From assembly GCA_017445435.1 (NCBI GenBank), contig JAFSUE010000158.1, positions 1-30,307 of the forward strand: a stretch of DNA of 30,307 nucleotides, in the 5' to 3' direction. Position numbers and translations under genes: made by a program. Under the pieces are notes generated by a model that saw only the letters and a list, made by a program, of their open reading frames with translations, searched no databases and had not been told where the DNA came from. The DNA comes from Selenomonadaceae bacterium (GTDB lineage Bacteria > Bacillota > Negativicutes > Selenomonadales > Selenomonadaceae). This document shows positions 24,815-30,307 of the stretch, piece by piece (the first letter of the stretch is position 1; each line of letters starts with the position of its first letter).

Positions 24815-26110
24815 CTAATTTTTTTTGCCAAGTTCATAAATCATTTTTATAACGGCTTTACAAAGTTTATCGGGATCGTGTCGTCCCGCGTCAGTATCGC
24901 TGATTAAATCGGCTTTAACAATTCCCATACCTAGCGCGTTAATTTTATCTTCGTCGACTTCAACAGGCGTTGCCTTCGTTGATTGTAAAAATTCTTGCGG
25001 AATTGGCGCGGAGTTCACCAAAACGTAATCAATAGCGCCTTTGCCGACGTGATCCAAAATTGCCTTAGCATGCGCCGACGCTGAATAATTATCTGTTTCG
25101 CCGGGTTGCGTCATCACGTTGCAAATGTAAATTTTAATCGCCTTTGAACTTCTCAACGCCTTAGCCACGCCGTCAACTAAAAGATTCGGCATAATGCTAG
25201 TGTACAAACTGCCTGGACCTAAAATTATGGCGTCAGCATTTTCAATCGCTTCAATGGCGGCTGGTACAGCTTCAACTTTGCGCGGAAAAAGTTTTACACG
25301 GCGAATTTTTTTGTGCGCCTCTGGAATTTGCGATTCACCCTCAACAACTGTCCCGTCAGTCATAACCGCATCAAGCCGTACAGATTCTTTACTAGCTGGA
25401 ATGACTCTGCCTTTAACTGCCAAAACTTTCGACGACTCCTTAAGCGCCGTTTCCATATCGCCAGTAACTTCATTCATCGCCGCGATAAATAAATTTCCAA
25501 AACTATGACCCGCAAGTTCCGATTTACCTTCAAAACGGTATTGAAAAAGTTTTTCCATAAGCGGTTCAGTATCGGCAAGCGCTACAAGACAATTTCGCAA
25601 ATCGCCTGGCGGAATTATTCCCAACTCTTCACGTAGCCTGCCTGAACTGCCGCCGTCATCTGCAACTGTCACGACGGCTGAAACGTTGCTTGTTGAAGAT
25701 TTTATCCCGCGCAGAAGGACTGATAAACCGTGACCGCCGCCTATAACTGTGACTGCAGGTCCACGCCCTAGTTTCCTTTCACGGTAAATTAAATCTATCA
25801 GCTTGGTATTTTTATCTGGAATTATCACGGCGATTATTGAGCGAATTATTGAGCGCGTCGAGTAAAGCATAATGTACGCGCCGATTAAAACAATGCAAAT
25901 GCCCGTGACAAGTACGACGCCGTAATTGTAACTGCCGAAAAGTTTATATACCAGCCGAAAAATTTCTTCTTCGATTTTGCCGAGATATTCATAGTTTAGC
26001 ATAAGCGCGACGCCGAAACTTATCATCATTACGCCGAGTGCAAAGACGAATAGCCAGCGTTTAAGTTTTATTCCAGGATAAAACCATTTTAAAAGGTGCA
26101 GAACTTTCAC
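24815..26110 (-). CDS. yvcK: YvcK/CofD-like gluconeogenesis factor (UDP-GlcNAc-binding) with N-terminal TM extension; start may be CTG 26101
   Basis: IGGGHGL, VTVADDGGSSG.LR, PPGDLRNCL, GHSFGNL, GPGSLYTSI.PN, NVMTQPGET, RHDP. Confidence 0.93.
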   Translation of the reverse strand: MKVLHLLKWFYPGIKLKRWLFVFALGVMMISFGVALMLNYEYLGKIEEEIFRLVYKLFGSYNYGVVLVTGICIVLIGAYIMLYSTRSIIRSIIAVIIPDKNTKLIDLIYRERKLGRGPAVTVIGGGHGLSVLLRGIKSSTSNVSAVVTVADDGGSSGRLREELGIIPPGDLRNCLVALADTEPLMEKLFQYRFEGKSELAGHSFGNLFIAAMNEVTGDMETALKESSKVLAVKGRVIPASKESVRLDAVMTDGTVVEGESQIPEAHKKIRRVKLFPRKVEAVPAAIEAIENADAIILGPGSLYTSIMPNLLVDGVAKALRSSKAIKIYICNVMTQPGETDNYSASAHAKAILDHVGKGAIDYVLVNSAPIPQEFLQSTKATPVEVDEDKINALGMGIVKADLISDTDAGRHDPDKLCKAVIKMIYELGKKN

Positions 26111-26122
26111 CTCCCCTTTTTT

Positions 26123-26157
26123 TAATTAGGAATTCTTAATGCGTAATGCGTAATGTA
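26123..26157 (+). repeat. Heptamer array TAATTAG-GAATTCT-(TAATGCG)2-TAATGTA
   Basis: Read directly. Confidence 0.8.
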
Positions 26158-26160
26158 AAA

Positions 26161-27087
26161 CTAAACTTCCCTAACGTCATTTTTCATTAAGTCACGGTGT
26201 TCAAGGTTGACGGCGTAACCTTTTTTCTTCAACAGCTCAAAAATATGTTTCGCAATGAAAACGCTACGGTGCATTCCGCCAGTACAGCCGACAGCTAGCA
26301 CAAGTTGACTTTTGCCCTCACGAACATATTGCGGCGTTAAAAATTCTATCATTGGATCAAGCCGCTTTAAAAATTCCTGCGTGACAGGCTTTTCTGCAAT
26401 GTACGCGGCAACTTCAGGAACTGCTCCGCTTTTATGGCGCATTGACTCAATGTAAAATGGATTCGGCAAAAATCTAACGTCCAACACCAAGTCAGCGTCA
26501 AGCGGCATTCCATACTTAAAGCCGAAAGATAACACAGAAATATTCATTTCGTCGCCTTCATGAATACCGAAAAGCCGCCGAATTTTTTCGCGTAAATCAG
26601 CTTTCGTCAAGTTCGACGTGTCAATAATATAAGTAGCCTTGCCGCGTACAGATTCAAGCCGTGCCCGTTCCTTTGCAACGCCGTCAGAAATTCTAGTAGA
26701 AGGCGCCATTGGATGACTTCTGCGCGTCTCTTTGTAACGGCGAATAATCGTATCGTCTGAAGCGTCCATAAAAATTAATTCGTAGTCGCGGTCATTTTTA
26801 TCCATATCTTCAAGCACTTGTAAAAGCGTGTCGAAAAATTCACGGCTGCGCGTATCGACGACAAAGACAACGTGACTAACGCTGTTTACTGCATGTGCGC
26901 AAAGTTCCACGAACTTAGGAATTAAAATTGGCGGCAGATTGTCTACGCAAAAATATCCTAAGTCTTCAAGGAAACGGCAAGCTTGAGTTTTGCCGCTACC
27001 GCTCATGCCAGTCACGATGATAATTCGCGGCTTGTCTAAAAGTTTATCGTTGCCATCAACGTTTAAAGTTTTCGTGTCTGTTTCCAT
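26161..27087 (-). CDS. rapZ: RNase adapter / P-loop NTPase RapZ (YvcJ)
   Basis: VTGMSGSGKT, GYFCVDNLP, RYKETRRSHP, SFGFKYG, DVRFLPNP, GCTGGMHRSV. Confidence 0.96.
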   Translation of the reverse strand: METDTKTLNVDGNDKLLDKPRIIIVTGMSGSGKTQACRFLEDLGYFCVDNLPPILIPKFVELCAHAVNSVSHVVFVVDTRSREFFDTLLQVLEDMDKNDRDYELIFMDASDDTIIRRYKETRRSHPMAPSTRISDGVAKERARLESVRGKATYIIDTSNLTKADLREKIRRLFGIHEGDEMNISVLSFGFKYGMPLDADLVLDVRFLPNPFYIESMRHKSGAVPEVAAYIAEKPVTQEFLKRLDPMIEFLTPQYVREGKSQLVLAVGCTGGMHRSVFIAKHIFELLKKKGYAVNLEHRDLMKNDVREV

Positions 27088-27100
27088 AACTCACCCCATG

Positions 27101-27205
27101 TTGAATTAAGAATTTAGAATGTAGAATTAAGAATTAAGGATGATACTACTAACTACTGACTACTAACTACTGACTACTAACTACTAACTTCAAATTAAGA
27201 ATTAA
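27101..27205. repeat. Bipartite heptamer array: GAATTAA-type x5 (27103-27137), CTACTAA/CTACTGA x6 (27146-27187), AAATTAAGAATTAA over the cobJ stop
   Basis: Read directly. Confidence 0.92.
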
Positions 27206-27948
27206 AAGTTGTAACCGCGCGGCGTAACCATAAAATTTGACTTGACGAAAGTTTTTGAATTGCCAATTAAAACTAGCGTGAACATATTTATTTCTTCGCG
27301 TGTAAAATCTTTCAACGTCGAAATAACTTTTCGTTCATCAAGACGCCCAGCATTCGTGACGATACCGACGGGCGTATTTTCTGCGCGGAAGTTCAACAAA
27401 ATTTTCTGCACTTCGTCAATGTACGTGACGCGGCTTTTACTTTTCGGATTGAACAACGCAATTACAAAGTCACCTTCCGCCGCCAATGCCACGCGCTTTT
27501 TAATCAGTTCGTAAGGCGTCAGCCAATCACTTAAGCTGATAACGGCGAAGTCGTGCATAAGTGGAGCGCCGAGAATTGCCGCCGCTGAATTTAGCGCAGA
27601 TACGCCAGCCGCAACTTCAAATTTTGGTTGAAGATTTTCTGGCAAGTTCAAAATCATTTCGATTAAAAGTCCCGCCATACCGTAAATGCCAGCGTCGCCG
27701 CTTGAAATTACTGCCACGTTCAAATTTTTTTGCGCCTCATCAATGGCAACTTGTGCGCGTTGAACTTCCTGCCGCATGCCCGACGCCAAAATTTTTTTGC
27801 CTGCCGTCAATTCGCCAATCAATTCAATGTACGTTTTGTAGCCGACAATCACATCTGCCGCGTCAATAAGCGCCCTAGCTTTAGGCGTCATTTCATCAAG
27901 GTTGCCTGGTCCAATGCCGACGACTGAAATTTTTCCGCAATTATTCAT
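27202..27948 (-). CDS. cobJ: Precorrin-3B C17-methyltransferase CobJ/CbiH
   Basis: VVGIGPG, IVGYKTY, SSGDAGIYGMAG, LGAPLMHDF..ISLSD, LYNP-like LFNPKS, FMVTPRGY. Confidence 0.93.
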   Translation of the reverse strand: MNNCGKISVVGIGPGNLDEMTPKARALIDAADVIVGYKTYIELIGELTAGKKILASGMRQEVQRAQVAIDEAQKNLNVAVISSGDAGIYGMAGLLIEMILNLPENLQPKFEVAAGVSALNSAAAILGAPLMHDFAVISLSDWLTPYELIKKRVALAAEGDFVIALFNPKSKSRVTYIDEVQKILLNFRAENTPVGIVTNAGRLDERKVISTLKDFTREEINMFTLVLIGNSKTFVKSNFMVTPRGYNF

Positions 27949-28055
27949 ATTTCCTCCAAAAAATTTTATGGCGAAATTTTATCACATAAACAATTTAATC
28001 TGTCTGCAACTTTTTCGTGGCAGTAACATCAATATTCCTGTGTCCATAATTCACC

Positions 28056-28089
28056 GCTTTAAAAAATTACCCTCCATTTAAGAGGGTTT
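28056..28089 (-). terminator. Terminator-like hairpin in the cobJ leader
   Basis: ACCCTC/GAGGGT stem followed by AATTTTTT on the minus strand. Confidence 0.5.
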
Positions 28090-28150
28090 TAATAATCCGT
28101 CTTTCTTAGCCACTTGCCAAGTTTATTTTAATTATTTTTGTGTCGATTTA

Positions 28151-28179
28151 ATTTTACATATCAGAAAATTGTTTGTCAA
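28151..28179 (-). promoter_or_regulatory. Near-consensus sigma70 promoter facing cobJ
   Basis: TTGACA-17 nt-TAAAAT on the minus strand. Confidence 0.75.
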
Positions 28180-28267
28180 ACCAAATAAACCTAATGACAA
28201 ATTTAATTACGGTAAATGATTTGCTTGCACCGCTAAAGAAATAACTGAAAAGATTTTCTAGCAATAC

Positions 28268-28297
28268 TTTACAGGGTACGCGAAAAAAACGTAGAAT
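28268..28297 (+). promoter_or_regulatory. Sigma70-like promoter for the DUF169 gene
   Basis: TTTACA-18 nt-TAGAAT. Confidence 0.5.
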
Positions 28298-28351
28298 TTA
28301 ATTTGCAAACTTACTTAAAAATAATGAATAATAATTTAAGGAGAAAAATTT

Positions 28352-29074
28352 ATGGATAGCAAAATTAAAAATTTTATCAAGTTGAAAAATCAACCTGTAG
28401 CCGTAATTCAAGCTGATGAACTTCCTGAAAAAGTTTTGCAGTTTAAAGCGGGCAAATGGGGTTGTGTAGCCGCGATGCTTGCCGCCGCCGCTAATGGTAA
28501 AGTTGCCGCGTTTTCAAAAGATACTACAACTTGTATCGGTGGACGCGCTGGGCTAGGCTTTGAAAAATATCAGCTAGGCTGGATTGAATATTTTTTATCC
28601 TGCGGCAGTCCTACGATTGAACGTTGCGAACATTACAAGCAGACGCCTGAACTTGCTAAAAATTTTATTGAAAATGTTTCAAACCATTTAATTGAAAAAC
28701 TTCCGCCGCGTAAAAAATTTTTAATGTTCAAGCCGCTGGAATTTGTTGAAGAAAATGAAACGCCAGACGTAATAATTTTTTTGGCGAATGCAGACCAACT
28801 TTCAGCGCTTGTGACTTTGGCAAATTACGATTCGCCAACAAATGACGCCGTGAAAATTTTATTCGGCGCGGGCTGTGCGCAAGTCGTGTTGTACCCAATG
28901 ACCGATAAAAATTTTTGTTACGTGGGATTGACCGATCCTTCTGCGCGGAAATTCATTGACAAAAATTTATTGGCGTTCAGCTTGTCCTACGAAAAATTTT
29001 TGCACTTGGAAAATTTAGCCGCCGAAAGTTTTCTGAACTATGACGCGTGGCAAAAAATTTTCAACAGAATTTGA
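28352..29074 (+). CDS. DUF169 family protein
   Basis: QPVAV, WGCV, TCIGGRAGLGF, PDVIIF, GAGCA, GLTDPSAR; AAGGAG RBS. Confidence 0.75.
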   Translation: MDSKIKNFIKLKNQPVAVIQADELPEKVLQFKAGKWGCVAAMLAAAANGKVAAFSKDTTTCIGGRAGLGFEKYQLGWIEYFLSCGSPTIERCEHYKQTPELAKNFIENVSNHLIEKLPPRKKFLMFKPLEFVEENETPDVIIFLANADQLSALVTLANYDSPTNDAVKILFGAGCAQVVLYPMTDKNFCYVGLTDPSARKFIDKNLLAFSLSYEKFLHLENLAAESFLNYDAWQKIFNRI

Positions 29075-29142
29075 ATCGTACCAATGGCAGATGAATTTGC
29101 CTTAAGAAATTGTTCACTGTAAATTGTTCACGCTGTCAATAC

Positions 29143-29171
29143 TTGTAAATAAAATAAAAGCGTGTTAAAAT
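29143..29171 (+). promoter_or_regulatory. Sigma70 promoter for mreB/mbl
   Basis: TTGTAA-17 nt-TAAAAT with extended -10 TG. Confidence 0.6.
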
Positions 29172-29225
29172 TGCAACGCTTAATTTTTTTGAGAGAATCG
29201 ACTCTCGGAAGGGAGTTTGGAAATT

Positions 29226-30209
29226 TTGTTTGGAATGTCCACAAGTGTAGGAATAGATTTAGGGACAGCAAATGTTTTAGTGTACGTCAAAGGCAAAGGT
29301 ATAGTTTTGCGTGAACCGTCCGTCGTGGCAGTCGATAAAGAAAACGACGCGATATTGGCGATTGGTGAAGAAGCGCGGGAAATGATTGGGCGTACTCCTG
29401 GAAATATCGTAGCGATTAAACCACTGCGCGACGGTGTAATTTCCGATTACGATATGACAGAGGCAATGATTCGCCATTTTCTTGAAAAAGTTGTCGGTCG
29501 TTCATTTTTATTTCGTCCGCGTGTAATGATTTGCGTACCCACTGGCGTGACTGTCGTTGAAAAAAAAGCTGTACAGGAAGCCGCTGAACAAGCTGGCGCT
29601 AAAACTGCTGAATTGATTGAAGAACCGATAGCTGCCGCGCTTGGCGCTGGAATTGACATTGCTGAACCGATTGGCTCAATGGTTATCGACATTGGCGGCG
29701 GAACTTGTGACGTTGCAGTAATTTCACTTGGCGGAATTGTTTGCGGTGACAGTCTGCGCATTGCTGGCAACCAATTCGATAAAGATATTGAAACTTTCAT
29801 CAAAAAGCGTCACAATTTGATGATTGGTGAACGTACCGCAGAAAATATTAAAACTGAAATAGGCGCGGCATATCAAGAAGCGCGAAATTTAAAAATGGAC
29901 GTTCGCGGTCGTGACGTTGTGACGGGTTTGCCGAAAACCATTGAAGTTGTGACAGATGATGTTGTCGAGGCGCTCCGTGACTCTGTTGATAAAATTGTTG
30001 ACAGTGTTAAAAAAGTTTTGGAAAAGACGCCGCCTGAACTTGCCGCAGATATTATGGATCGCGGAATTATTTTAACTGGCGGCGGCGCTATGCTGTACGG
30101 TCTTGCTGAACTTATTCGTAAGGAAACAGATATTCCGACTTCTGTTGCTGACGATCCGCTTAGTTGTGTTGCACTTGGCACGGGTAAAGCGCTTGAAGCT
30201 AGCAAATAA
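29226..30209 (+). CDS. mreB: Rod shape-determining actin homologue MreB/Mbl (TTG 29226 preferred over 29217)
   Basis: GIDLGTANVLVY, EPSVVA, PLRDGVI, IEEPIAAA, DIGGGT, PPELAAD, LTGGGA. Confidence 0.95.
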   Translation: MFGMSTSVGIDLGTANVLVYVKGKGIVLREPSVVAVDKENDAILAIGEEAREMIGRTPGNIVAIKPLRDGVISDYDMTEAMIRHFLEKVVGRSFLFRPRVMICVPTGVTVVEKKAVQEAAEQAGAKTAELIEEPIAAALGAGIDIAEPIGSMVIDIGGGTCDVAVISLGGIVCGDSLRIAGNQFDKDIETFIKKRHNLMIGERTAENIKTEIGAAYQEARNLKMDVRGRDVVTGLPKTIEVVTDDVVEALRDSVDKIVDSVKKVLEKTPPELAADIMDRGIILTGGGAMLYGLAELIRKETDIPTSVADDPLSCVALGTGKALEASK

Positions 30210-30263
30210 ATTTTAAAATTTTCCGCTTAACGGCGGCTTTTTTATTTTGAGGAGGATTTTATT

Positions 30264-30307
30264 TTGGTTGAACTTTTAGCTCCCGCAGGAAATTTTGACG
30301 CACTCAA
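30264..30307 (+). CDS. 5' end of a U32 family peptidase-like protein (runs off the window)
   Basis: GAGGAGG RBS, TTG start, MVELLAPAGNFDAL (ELLAPAG is the U32 N-terminal signature). Confidence 0.75.
   Translation, partial: MVELLAPAGNFDAL

Noticed and set aside
27982-28047. 21-aa minus-strand ORF MDTGILMLLPRKSCRQIKLFM upstream of cobJ
   Set aside because: Weak RBS, no recognisable leader-peptide bias, and a length expected by chance.
29109-29137. Direct repeat AAATTGTTCAC x2 (14-nt period) and small hairpins upstream of mreB
   Set aside because: Only two copies. It may be a minor member of the 7n repeat family or an operator, but there is too little evidence.

Overview
AT-rich bacterial chromosomal window. 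Gene content and style suggest a flagellated Negativicutes/Selenomonadaceae-like organism (inference, no search run). About 27 coding regions: a broken RTX/hemolysin-type Ca-binding protein, LCP protein, NCS2 permease, miaB, MgtC family protein, TatD-linked radical SAM protein, a degenerate DAK2/FakA paralogue, a GtrB/GtrC-like glycosylation pair, an FtsA-like ATPase with beta-grasp-like repeats, two more glycosyltransferases, sufB, four small hypotheticals, an orphan TAXI binding protein, flgB-flgC-fliE-fliF-fliG, yvcK, rapZ, cobJ, DUF169, mreB/mbl and the start of a U32 peptidase. I saw no rRNA, tRNA, CRISPR array, transposase or integrase. The most unusual signals are non-coding. First, 12 loci carry phase-locked heptamer tandem arrays that mostly start at stop codons and often form inward-facing pairs. 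Second, there are two diverged, oppositely oriented copies of a ~150-200 nt structured element with compensatory stem changes and a conserved CAAGGACG (CsrA-consensus-like) motif. All alignments and stem pairings were done by eye.
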